A stretch of DNA of 64,000 bases from Patescibacteria group bacterium. GTDB taxonomy: Bacteria > Patescibacteriota > Microgenomatia > CAYGWK01. The stretch is taken from NCBI GenBank assembly GCA_049322615.1, contig JBMORX010000001.1, forward strand, positions 6,715 to 70,714, written 5' to 3'. The position numbers were made by a program, and so were the translations under genes. The notes beneath the pieces are model-generated. The model did no database searches. It was not told the DNA's origin and saw only the letters and a list, made by a program, of their open reading frames with translations. Position 1 is the first letter of the stretch. Each line of letters begins with the position of its first letter. Positions 56,790-64,000 of the stretch are shown here, piece after piece.

Positions 56790-57506
56790 TCAATTCTTCC
56801 CTTCTTCACTCAAATTAAATTCTAAATTAATAATTTTTGCTAAATCCAATGACGCTTTGCCTAAACGAACCATCTTGCTCCTTAATGGTCGCAAAGGCTT
56901 ATGCTCGGCAAGATTGGCTAAGGCCTCACCTACCGAAATTAATCCATTAACAACAATAAAAGCCGAGGTTTCGGCATCAAAAGTTCGAAGCTCTGGGTCT
57001 TTTTCTTTTTCATCTTCCAACCTTGAAGTTAAAGCCCGGTAAATTTTGGCTCGAATTAATGGTTGGTAATGAGAAATAACCTCCATATTTTCCAAAACAA
57101 GCCTTTCATTAGTCTCGATAGGAACTATCTCTAAATTTTTTAAAAGTTTTTCTAATCTTTTTGAAAATTTTTCAACTAAATTATAAAGAGGAAATTTTTC
57201 TGGTTCCGGGGGTGGCTCGTAATCCGAATCGTCAATTTTACTTAAATCAATTCCCCATTTTTTCGCCCCTTTTTCGATAAGTCTCATTGTCTTTTCAAAA
57301 CTTTCTTTAACCGTCACAAAAACATATTCCCAAGAGTCAGGATCTTTACCTTGCTTTATCCACTTTTCTCTTGATTTTTGCTCGTCCTGAAAAACTTTGC
57401 AGATTTCCGTTAAGTTGCATCTCTCGCACCAACGATCACAATAATTAAAAGGAAGATGATAAAAATCTTTTTTGTCAATCCAGGGTGGTCTTATTGCTCC
57501 AGCCAT
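56790..57506 (-). CDS. hypothetical protein with an N-terminal Cys cluster (YCDRWCERCNLTEIC)
   Basis: 238 aa; 4-nt spacing to the Cas4-like gene suggests an operon. Confidence 0.5.
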   Translation of the reverse strand: MAGAIRPPWIDKKDFYHLPFNYCDRWCERCNLTEICKVFQDEQKSREKWIKQGKDPDSWEYVFVTVKESFEKTMRLIEKGAKKWGIDLSKIDDSDYEPPPEPEKFPLYNLVEKFSKRLEKLLKNLEIVPIETNERLVLENMEVISHYQPLIRAKIYRALTSRLEDEKEKDPELRTFDAETSAFIVVNGLISVGEALANLAEHKPLRPLRSKMVRLGKASLDLAKIINLEFNLSEEGKN

Positions 57507-57526
57507 TTCATTCTAAATTGTAGCAA

Positions 57527-57565
57527 ATTTTGGGGCGGGATTTTAAGAGGTCAAAAAGTTGGTTT
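57527..57565. repeat. composite intergenic repeat R, copy a (partial)
   Basis: ttttggggcgggattttaagaggtcaaaaagttgg. Confidence 0.6.
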
Positions 57566-57730
57566 TATTCTTTGCCGAAAAGGCTTTTAATCCAGTTTAT
57601 AAGTGAGCGCAACCAGTCTATGAGAGAGACGGCTCTATCAACTTTCTCTCGACCCTCTTCCAGTTTATCTAAAGTTTCCATATTCCAATTATACAACAAC
57701 CCTTCCCAGGAAGTTTACCCTGAATGAAAT

Positions 57731-57772
57731 GAGGGGGAATTTTAAGGGCCCAAATCCCGAGGTGGAAAAAAC
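57731..57772. repeat. composite intergenic repeat R, copy b
   Basis: gagggggaattttaagggcccaaatcccgaggtggaaaaaac. Confidence 0.65.
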
Positions 57773-57780
57773 TTTGCCAC

Positions 57781-57809
57781 TTGACAAGGGGTTTATTTTA
57801 GGTATAATA
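57781..57809 (+). promoter_or_regulatory. near-consensus sigma70 promoter TTGACA-17-TATAAT on the plus strand
   Basis: ttgacaaggggtttattttaggtataat. Confidence 0.6.
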
Positions 57810-57850
57810 TCGTCTTGCAGTCGAAAAGGCTGTTTATCAACCGCCTTCAG

Positions 57851-57880
57851 TCCCGACACTTGTCGGGATTTGGCTTTTTA
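57851..57880 (+). terminator. intrinsic terminator (cccgac-actt-gtcggg plus a T-run) ending a roughly 65-nt transcript from the 57781 promoter
   Basis: tcccgacacttgtcgggatttggcttttta. Confidence 0.55.
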
Positions 57881-58569
57881 AGAAGACCTAACCAAGAATT
57901 CTTCTCTAAGTTTCCAAACGTCTTGATAGTGATCTATATTCTTTGAGGTTCTAAGCTCATCAGCCACATGTCCCCTTCTAGATAAAACCAGCACTCTCTT
58001 CTTATGCTTTTTAAGAAAGGATGTTAAATAGACAAAATCACTATCTCCAGAGAAAAGTACGAAGGTATCAAAGTTATTCAGCCAGGAGACCGCATCAACT
58101 GAAATCTCAACGTCAAAATCGGCTTTACGCTCATCTGCCATTCTATTTTTATGTCCACACTGTTCGCATGTGATAGTCTTTCCTCTGCCCAAGATAGTTT
58201 TTATTGGTTTCCAAACAACGCGATATCCGTTTTTCTTTAAAAACATAAGAAATTTATCATGCGACCTTGTCCCAAAACGAGCTGTATAGAAACTTATACT
58301 TGAGACCCGAGTATTCTTTCTAAAAAATTTGTGAAGCTTCTTATAGTCTACTCGCCAAAGGTTTTTATTCGCTTTCCAATTTGCACCTTCGGCGAGATGT
58401 TTTGGCGGGGTAAAACCCAATGCTTGAACCGATTTTCGAGGTTTGCCGCATCAATATAAACAGCCACCAGACCCTGTAGTTGACTAATTAGTTCCCTTGT
58501 TATCTGTTTTTCTGCCGTTTTTAAACTCTTACCTTTTCCTGGTTCCTTTTTTCTTTTCATTAAATCCAT
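57878..58569 (-). pseudogene. NYN-domain (LabA/YacP-like) ribonuclease gene split by a frameshift near 58400-58440
   Basis: The 73-aa ORF (58348..58569) carries the N-terminal AVYIDAANL motif. The 180-aa ORF (57878..58420) continues in another frame with RVDYKKLHKFF ... FSGDSDFVYL and a CEQCGH zinc-ribbon insert. The overlap lies at a GGG/TTTT/CCCC/AAAA run. Confidence 0.6.
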
Positions 58570-58596
58570 TGTAACAGATTTTAAGGAGAGAAATTT

Positions 58597-58670
58597 TGGG
58601 GCGGGGCGGGATTTTAAGGGCTCAAATCCCTAGGTGGCGAACCTGTTTTACCTCCAAGGTGGAAGAGTCA
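58597..58670. repeat. composite intergenic repeat R, copy c
   Basis: ttttggggcggggcgggattttaagggctcaaatccctaggtggcgaacctgttttacctccaaggtggaagag. Confidence 0.75.
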
Positions 58671-58682
58671 CTTTCCTCCACA

Positions 58683-58740
58683 ATTTTAATCAAATTTGGC
58701 AATAAGCCTATACCAACGGCAAAATTCGCACTCGGCAACA
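58683..58740 (-). pseudogene. remnant 3' end of a second Cas4-like gene (encodes ...ECEFCRWYRLIAKFD*)
   Basis: ttaatcaaatttggcaataagcctataccaacggcaaaattcgcactcgg aligns with the 3' end of the intact Cas4-like gene at 56130..56180 (attaatcaaattcggcgatgagtttatgccaacggcaaaattcacactcgg). Confidence 0.6.
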
Positions 58741-58778
58741 AAAACGGCGACAAAGAAATCATAATTAAAAATAATGGT

Positions 58779-59228
58779 TCAACTATGTCCTGAGGGTATA
58801 TTTTGGCCAACATAGTTAGCCAAAAATCTTGCCTGCCAGTTAATTTTTCCGACCTTTCCCCTAGATAAATTAGATAAATTTGGAAGTCTGTCTCGCTGAT
58901 CCCGGTATAGTAGATAAAACTGCGCCTCATTAGCTATCGATACAAAAGCATGTGCCATCGATTCAAATACTGCCTCTTCCACGGTTCTATCTCCCCATTG
59001 AGGTCCAGTTTCATACTTCCATTGTTTATTAAATCTCTCTTTAAAAAGAGGACTATCTAAGAATTGTTTAAGAGATTTATAAGGATCCTTTATCCTAATA
59101 TCTTTAGGAGGGCGTTTATTCCAAAATGCTATGATCTGTTCTGGCTTAAAGTGCATATCCAAAATAATCGCTAGGGCTACTTCTGGCGAAGATTGCATAG
59201 TTAGTTCTGATAATTGCTCATTACTCAT
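58779..59228 (-). CDS. hypothetical protein (149 aa)
   Basis: Preceded by an extended -10 (TGATATAAT on the minus strand at 59252..59262); its 3' end runs into a gene remnant and repeat element. Confidence 0.4.
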   Translation of the reverse strand: MSNEQLSELTMQSSPEVALAIILDMHFKPEQIIAFWNKRPPKDIRIKDPYKSLKQFLDSPLFKERFNKQWKYETGPQWGDRTVEEAVFESMAHAFVSIANEAQFYLLYRDQRDRLPNLSNLSRGKVGKINWQARFLANYVGQNIPSGHS

Positions 59229-59327
59229 ATTTACAGGACGGAAGAGATTATATCATAATGATTTAAATCATTTAAACAATTTGTGGGAGATTTTAATTAA
59301 GACAAGGGAAGTTTAAAAAAACTCACT

Positions 59328-59365
59328 CGGGGCGGGATTTTAAGGGCGCAAAGAGGTGTGAACCT
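59328..59365. repeat. composite intergenic repeat R, copy d (5' module only)
   Basis: ctcggggcgggattttaagggcgcaaagaggtgtgaacc. Confidence 0.65.
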
Positions 59366-59382
59366 AGAATTTTATAAATACT

Positions 59383-60228
59383 TCATTGCCTTTTCCCAAA
59401 GACTTCAATTCTCATGTTTGGATAAGAAAGGGAGGAGACAGGTAAAGAAAATTCCTTGGCAAAAATTCCCCTCTTTTCTAACCCTTCCTCTTCTTCTACT
59501 ACCAGGGTTGTCAGGAGGAAATTAGCCTTTGTAGAAATTCTTCCAAATTGATCAAAAAATAAACTCTCAAAAAATAAGTCTGAAGGATAACAATAAACCA
59601 GATCGGCTGTTAGAAGTAAGCCATCTTCCGTCTCTTTTAATAATCCTAATTGACTATATGGGTTTGGCCCAGTTTCTCCTAGAACGCAGGAGATTTTTTC
59701 CTCCACTGTCGTTTCTAAAGAAAGTCTGCCCGGTGATACTAAAAGCGAGTCCACATAATCCTTGAAACTGTCAGTCTCCAAACAACCATATTTGGAAAAA
59801 CGCCTTTTCAATTCTTCAACCATCTTTTCTTTTAACTCGCCAGCCAACTGGGGAATATAATAAGAACCAATCGCAATCTTTCCTTCGCTGAAAACTAACC
59901 CTTCTTTATATGCCCTAAAATTTATTTCCTGGGCGATCGAGGCTAAGTCTTCGCTTGCCTCAATCCCAAAACTCTCAAATCCTGCCAATCCCGCTAAAAC
60001 CATCACTGTTCCATCTCCACAACCACAATCTAGAGAAATCGGTCTGGGTTCTGGAAACATTTCTCGAAGCTTAATAAATCCTGCCAAAAGAGAGGGTAAT
60101 ATTTCCTTTGGCTCGTTAAGATATGAGGGCCACCAATGCTCCAACTTACTTAATTGGGGATTTTTCTCTTCGAGCAGTCTAAGCACTTTAGGAATACAAT
60201 CAGATGGAACCTTTCCTCTCTCTTTCAT
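59383..60228 (-). CDS. class I SAM-dependent methyltransferase
   Basis: Motif I ISLDCGCGDGTVMVL. Confidence 0.75.
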   Translation of the reverse strand: MKERGKVPSDCIPKVLRLLEEKNPQLSKLEHWWPSYLNEPKEILPSLLAGFIKLREMFPEPRPISLDCGCGDGTVMVLAGLAGFESFGIEASEDLASIAQEINFRAYKEGLVFSEGKIAIGSYYIPQLAGELKEKMVEELKRRFSKYGCLETDSFKDYVDSLLVSPGRLSLETTVEEKISCVLGETGPNPYSQLGLLKETEDGLLLTADLVYCYPSDLFFESLFFDQFGRISTKANFLLTTLVVEEEEGLEKRGIFAKEFSLPVSSLSYPNMRIEVFGKRQ

Positions 60229-60315
60229 TGGCTCATACGGGCAGCGAGTTGGATTATATCATTTTTTCAAGACAAGCAGGACCATAAAAAATTGCCTTCA
60301 GTAATCTCATGGCAA

Positions 60316-60436
60316 GCGGGGCGGGATTTTAAGGGCTCAAATCCCTAGGTGGCGAACCCCATAAACCAGAAGAAACGGTTTAGGGCCATGAACCGATTAA
60401 ATCTGGTTCATTGGCTATTCCACCTCCCAGGTGAAA
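60316..60436. repeat. composite intergenic repeat R, copy e (full length, ~120 bp, four hairpin modules)
   Basis: gcggggcgggattttaagggctcaaatccctaggtggcgaaccccataaaccag...ggtttagggccatgaaccgattaaatctggttcattggctattccacctcccaggtg. Confidence 0.8.
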
Positions 60437-60455
60437 ATTTCTAGTATATCTTTTT

Positions 60456-61523
60456 TTAATAAGAGAGTAACTTTATTAACTTCTCGAATATATAAATTCT
60501 TCTATTTTTAAAACGCACTATTTTCACTACGTCTAACTCGCTAAATTTTGTCAATAACCTCCTTATAGTTCTTTCTTCAATTTTCGAGCTTTTACTAACA
60601 TCTCTCACCTTAAATATGGGCATCCTGAACATGAAATTTACAATCTTATAGGTATAGGGAGATTTTAGATGTCCGGTTAAATTTTCGACTTCTTTCATCA
60701 ATGTATTAATTTTTGAGATTAAATTTTGCGTTTCTTTTGCTTGGTTCTTAACAGAAATTAAGAAAAACTTCAACCATCTTTCGTACTCTCCTGTTTTGTC
60801 AACTTGATTTAAAGCATCTATATACCTATCCCTACGTTTATCAAAATAACCACTAATATAAAGAGTTGGTTGGAAAAGTAATTTTTTCCAAAATAAGTAT
60901 AAAGGTATAAGTAATCTACCAATTCTCCCATTGCCGTCTTGAAAAGGGTGTATTGCTTCAAATTGATAGTGAAGAATCCCAACCTTAATTAGAGGATGTT
61001 CACCGTCTCCAAGGAGATATTCTTCTAAATTTTCCATATAGTCTTGAATTAATAATGCCTCGAGTGGAATATAGGTTGCTTTCTCAATAGGCTCTCCTTC
61101 TTTTCCAATCCATACTTGTTCTTTTCTGAAATTTCCTCTTGTTTTATGCCCTCTGGTATTCTCCAAGAGTATTTGGTGAAGACCCTTTATAAAACTCAAG
61201 TCAATAGGTGTATTTTTCAGTTGTTCAATCGCCATGACCATTGCTTTTTTATAATTAGAAACCTCAACAGTATCGGGATGTTTAATTTCGCCTGTTGCTT
61301 CATATTTAAGCACGTCAGAAATAGTGCTTCTCGTGCCTTCGATTCTCGAACTAATAGTTGCTTCCTTAATCAAAAGAGGAGAAATTAAAATTTGAGGGTT
61401 TGGTAAGCTCCTTTGAAGTCCATCTAACCTACCTAATTCAAAAGAAGCGCTAGCTAGCTCGTTTGACAAGGTTGAGAAATTATATTTCGCTAACAATTTA
61501 GGTGGGTGATGTGGTTCTATCAT
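60456..61523 (-). CDS. Fic family protein (AMPylase-type) with a C-terminal winged helix
   Basis: Canonical Fic motif HPFQDGNGRIGRLL. Confidence 0.9.
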   Translation of the reverse strand: MIEPHHPPKLLAKYNFSTLSNELASASFELGRLDGLQRSLPNPQILISPLLIKEATISSRIEGTRSTISDVLKYEATGEIKHPDTVEVSNYKKAMVMAIEQLKNTPIDLSFIKGLHQILLENTRGHKTRGNFRKEQVWIGKEGEPIEKATYIPLEALLIQDYMENLEEYLLGDGEHPLIKVGILHYQFEAIHPFQDGNGRIGRLLIPLYLFWKKLLFQPTLYISGYFDKRRDRYIDALNQVDKTGEYERWLKFFLISVKNQAKETQNLISKINTLMKEVENLTGHLKSPYTYKIVNFMFRMPIFKVRDVSKSSKIEERTIRRLLTKFSELDVVKIVRFKNRRIYIFEKLIKLLSY

Positions 61524-61640
61524 TTTACGCTGATATTAACATATCCCGGACACTTTGTCAACTTTCTGTCCGAAAACCTCGATCTCCGGACACAAGTGTC
61601 CGAAAATAAGAACTTAAATAAGAAAATTAATTAAGGTACC

Positions 61641-61665
61641 TATTCCACCTCCGAGGTGGAAAAAT
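61641..61665. repeat. composite repeat R, 3' module only (ctattccacctccgaggtggaaaaa)
   Basis: A CCACCTC-c-GAGGTGG palindrome shared with copies b, e, f and the 29.6 kb copy. Confidence 0.6.
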
Positions 61666-61674
61666 TAATTCTCT

Positions 61675-61905
61675 TCATTTTTTCTTCTTTAAAAGTTTCT
61701 CAAATTCCTCGATGCTTATGTTGGCAAGTTTTAATTGTTTTCTGAGTAAAAATGGAGCAATCTCTTTATGTCTTGGAATAGAAATATTATAAGGACATTT
61801 ATCACTCTTCAAAATTATATGAGCACCATCGTCGCTTCTAATATAAAAATCGGCCCGTTGAAAGGCCACAACAACTTCTTTCCAAGAAAGTCCGACTAAC
61901 TTCAT
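61675..61905 (-). CDS. hicA: HicA-like mRNA interferase toxin
   Basis: 76 aa; W...GAH...ISIPRHKEIAPFLLRKQLKLANIS follows the HicA pattern (GSH...TVPHPKK...GTVKSILKQAGL); immediately downstream of a HicB-like gene. Confidence 0.65.
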   Translation of the reverse strand: MKLVGLSWKEVVVAFQRADFYIRSDDGAHIILKSDKCPYNISIPRHKEIAPFLLRKQLKLANISIEEFEKLLKKKK

Positions 61906-62142
61906 TTAGGCAGCGGCAAATACTTTGGGAAGCGAAACCCGAACGTTTCTGACTTCACCTACTTCTTTTTTCTCTTCTTCAGCCCTTACTTTCAGAAACG
62001 CTTTAATTGCCTTTTTTACATTGGAGACCGCCTCTCTTTTTGTTTTTCCTTGAGACATACAACCCGGAAGATTTAAAACCTCGGCAACGTAACCCTTATA
62101 TGCTTTATCGTAGATTAATTTAATGGTAAAAGTAGAAGCCAT
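61906..62142 (-). CDS. hicB: HicB-like antitoxin (RNase H-like fold N-domain)
   Basis: YDKAYKGYVAEVLNLPGCMSQGKTKREAVSNVKKAI matches the HicB/UPF0150 pattern. Confidence 0.65.
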   Translation of the reverse strand: MASTFTIKLIYDKAYKGYVAEVLNLPGCMSQGKTKREAVSNVKKAIKAFLKVRAEEEKKEVGEVRNVRVSLPKVFAAA

Positions 62143-62208
62143 GTTAAATAGATTTTATCCAATTTTCGGCTTTTTGTCAACGTCGAATTAGGTGGAGAAA
62201 TTTTTCGC

Positions 62209-62336
62209 GAGCGGGAGTTTAAGGGCTCAAATCCCTAGGTGGCGAACCCCATAAACCAGTCCGCCAACCGGCGAACGGTTTAGGGCCATGAACCGATTAA
62301 ATCTGGTTCATTGGCTATTCCACCTCCGAGATGGAA
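62209..62336. repeat. composite intergenic repeat R, copy f (full length; near-identical to copy e)
   Basis: gcgggagtttaagggctcaaatccctaggtggcgaaccccataaaccagtccgccaaccggcgaacggtttagggccatgaaccgattaaatctggttcattggctattccacctccgagatgg. Confidence 0.8.
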
Positions 62337-62395
62337 GGATAAGTTTGTATTATATTCGATTTTTTAGAAAATGAGTAGGAAACCAAAGAATGTGG

Positions 62396-63079
62396 TTATT
62401 TTTGAGATTGGTAGTAAGTTCTGCCCTTTTTCGTAATCTCCCAAATCCCACGAGGAGAGTCTTTCATTAACAGTCCTTCTTCTTTCATTTTCTGCCGTTC
62501 CCACTGGGCGGCATTTTCCCATCTGATAGATGTTCCTGACGGAAGCCTTCCTAAATCTGCGGTGGTTAATTTATCCTTTATTTTGCTTTTTATTTTTTCT
62601 AAAACTTTTTCCATTTTCCCTCTCCCGCCCATTTCTATTAAGCTCTCCAAAATAGGAATTCGATATTCTTTTTGGGGGGTTCTTTTTATTTTTTTTCTTG
62701 TTGATTTCGGAAACTCTTCCCGCTCTCCTGCTACGGTCACTACTCCTTTCTCTTCCAGTTTATCTATAGGTATATTCCTTAGGAGCAAACTTACGTTTTC
62801 TGAAAACTCTTTATAACTCTCCTGAAGGAAGATAAATTTTTCTCCTTCCCGCTCGTATGCATATTTTTCAGCAATTTTGTGTACCCCCTCTTCACAATCT
62901 GATAATATCATCAATGGATTCAATTCCCATAAATCTAATATTTCGGCACTTCGATGACTCCGCCTATATTGGACCAGTGTAGCTCTAATGTTTGTCGTTT
63001 TTCCTATTTTAACATCGGAGATTTTCAATCCGCTATAAGACAAATCAGCAACTTTTATCGCATAAATCATTTCAGCCAT
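62396..63079 (-). CDS. GIY-YIG-like N-terminal domain protein with a C-terminal Mrr_N-like winged helix
   Basis: MIYAIK ... KIGKTTNIRATL resembles GIY-x10-YIG; the C-terminus TTADLGRLPSGTSIRWENAAQWERQKMKEEGLL resembles restriction-system wH domains. Confidence 0.45.
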   Translation of the reverse strand: MAEMIYAIKVADLSYSGLKISDVKIGKTTNIRATLVQYRRSHRSAEILDLWELNPLMILSDCEEGVHKIAEKYAYEREGEKFIFLQESYKEFSENVSLLLRNIPIDKLEEKGVVTVAGEREEFPKSTRKKIKRTPQKEYRIPILESLIEMGGRGKMEKVLEKIKSKIKDKLTTADLGRLPSGTSIRWENAAQWERQKMKEEGLLMKDSPRGIWEITKKGRTYYQSQK

Positions 63080-63303
63080 AATTTACCTCCACAAACCCGT
63101 CTTGCCCTAATTTTACCCCATAAATTTGCTTTCAGCAACTTACTGGGCAAGCCGCCCTCTCCTTTTTATCAATCAGAGGTTTTTCTGTTTCGTTTTGGAA
63201 ACCTATCTTGGTTCGAGGCGGAGGATGAGGCGGGCAGTTAAAACTTTATCAGCTTTTAATTGAAGAGGGCAAAAAAACCAGCGTAGGCGCCCTCAGGTCG
63301 AAT

Positions 63304-63953
63304 CTAATCTTGAATAAAACTGACATCGCTCATAAATTTTACTTCATCATTATTTTTTAACACTTCGTCTTCTGTTGGGGGTCTATCATTTAAGAGAAAT
63401 CCTAAAGTGCCCGGATGGAATTTTTGATGAATTTCTGGGTAAGAAGAAAAGATAAAATTTAAAAATTGAACAAATGTTAAGTTTTTGGAAACTATCGCTT
63501 CTTCAAAGCTTTTCCCGGTAATTCTTTGCAATCTGTCATCATAAAAAATCTTAATTTTAATTGGTCTTAAGAGTTTTCTCATCATAAACCTAAAAGTGGT
63601 TTCTCCCAGCCAAAGCAAGTTTCTTGGTCTTTGAGAATCTCAAAAGCTTTACGGCACGAAGAGTCAAGTTTGACATACTCGATTAACATCGCGACGACTT
63701 CTTCTATAAACCCGCCGACAGTTCCGTCAGAATCGTCAACACCGCCGAAACTTAATTTTTTATCCAGCCTCAAAAGCAATTTAATAACAAGCTCTGTTGT
63801 CTGGAGGCTCACCGGCAAATCTGAAACTATCACCGCTAAACGATTGCATCCTTCAGTAAGCGATGCTTGGTAGGCAAACCAAATTTTAGAAGGACCATTA
63901 TAGGGCTTGATATAACGGGCTGCCTCAGAAATCAAACTTTTAACTTTTATCAA
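63304..63953 (-). CDS. hypothetical protein, possibly one frameshifted gene (ORFs 63582..63953 and 63304..63618 overlap in different frames)
   Basis: Two consecutive overlapping ORFs with no recognisable family. Confidence 0.35.
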
Positions 63954-64000
63954 TTGATTTTTGTCCAGCTTACCCAGATGACCACTGCATTTTATTTCAA

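Noticed and set aside
63230-63310. Possible tRNA-like T-arm (caggtcgaatc) near 63270-63290
   Set aside because: No acceptor stem, anticodon arm or D-arm could be built on either strand; GGTCGAATC is an isolated partial match to the GGTTCGAATCC consensus.

Overview
This window looks like a contiguous stretch of a small, AT-rich bacterial genome, almost entirely transcribed on the minus strand, with a Candidate Phyla Radiation / Patescibacteria-like character (inference). The minus strand carries a long S10-spc-alpha ribosomal protein cluster (rpsJ through rpsK), ending in the partial S11 at the window start. Its tail also carries secY, adk, map, infA and rpmJ. Within it, rpsE is followed directly by rplO with no L30 gene, which is a known CPR hallmark. 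Upstream in the same direction are the str operon, rpoB-rpoC, and a nusA-infB-rpsO-pnp block. The str operon (rpsL-rpsG-fusA-tuf) is interrupted twice by plus-strand islands. The middle of the window holds housekeeping genes (alaS, ftsK, rnj, a family-4 UDG, mltG, ruvX, a sortase). Standout features:
- infB carries a full-length intein (Hint plus LAGLIDADG domains) inserted in its GTPase P-loop.
- One of the two str-operon islands encodes a TrpR/YerC-like regulator, and both islands are flanked by three copies of an exact 12-nt operator-like core, TGTACTATGACA.
- Several dispersed short repeat families are present, and some are translated in frame inside essential genes. They are: a 9-bp-periodic CTTAAGTNA repeat that replaces Shine-Dalgarno spacers in front of rpmJ, rplO, rpsE and rplC and sits in frame inside rplR; an AAAAATTAAAAATGAAAA repeat encoding KIKNEKLK inside map, rplD and alaS; and a GC-rich ~60-bp palindromic element, one copy of which is translated as a C-terminal tail of L15.
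- At 29.6-33.5 kb there is a defence-like island: a type II restriction-modification pair, an unknown 443-aa protein with a C-terminal two-helix membrane anchor, and a PD-(D/E)xK nuclease.
- At 56.1-63.3 kb there is a second accessory island punctuated by a composite GGGGCGGGATTTTAAGGGCTCAAATCCCTAGGTGGCGAACC repeat. It carries a Cas4-like Fe-S nuclease, a frameshifted NYN gene, a SAM methyltransferase, a Fic protein, a HicAB pair and a GIY-YIG-like protein.
- Two paralogous membrane-anchored SNase-like nucleases are present (33641..34315 and 55369..56127).
No tRNA, rRNA or CRISPR array was recognised.
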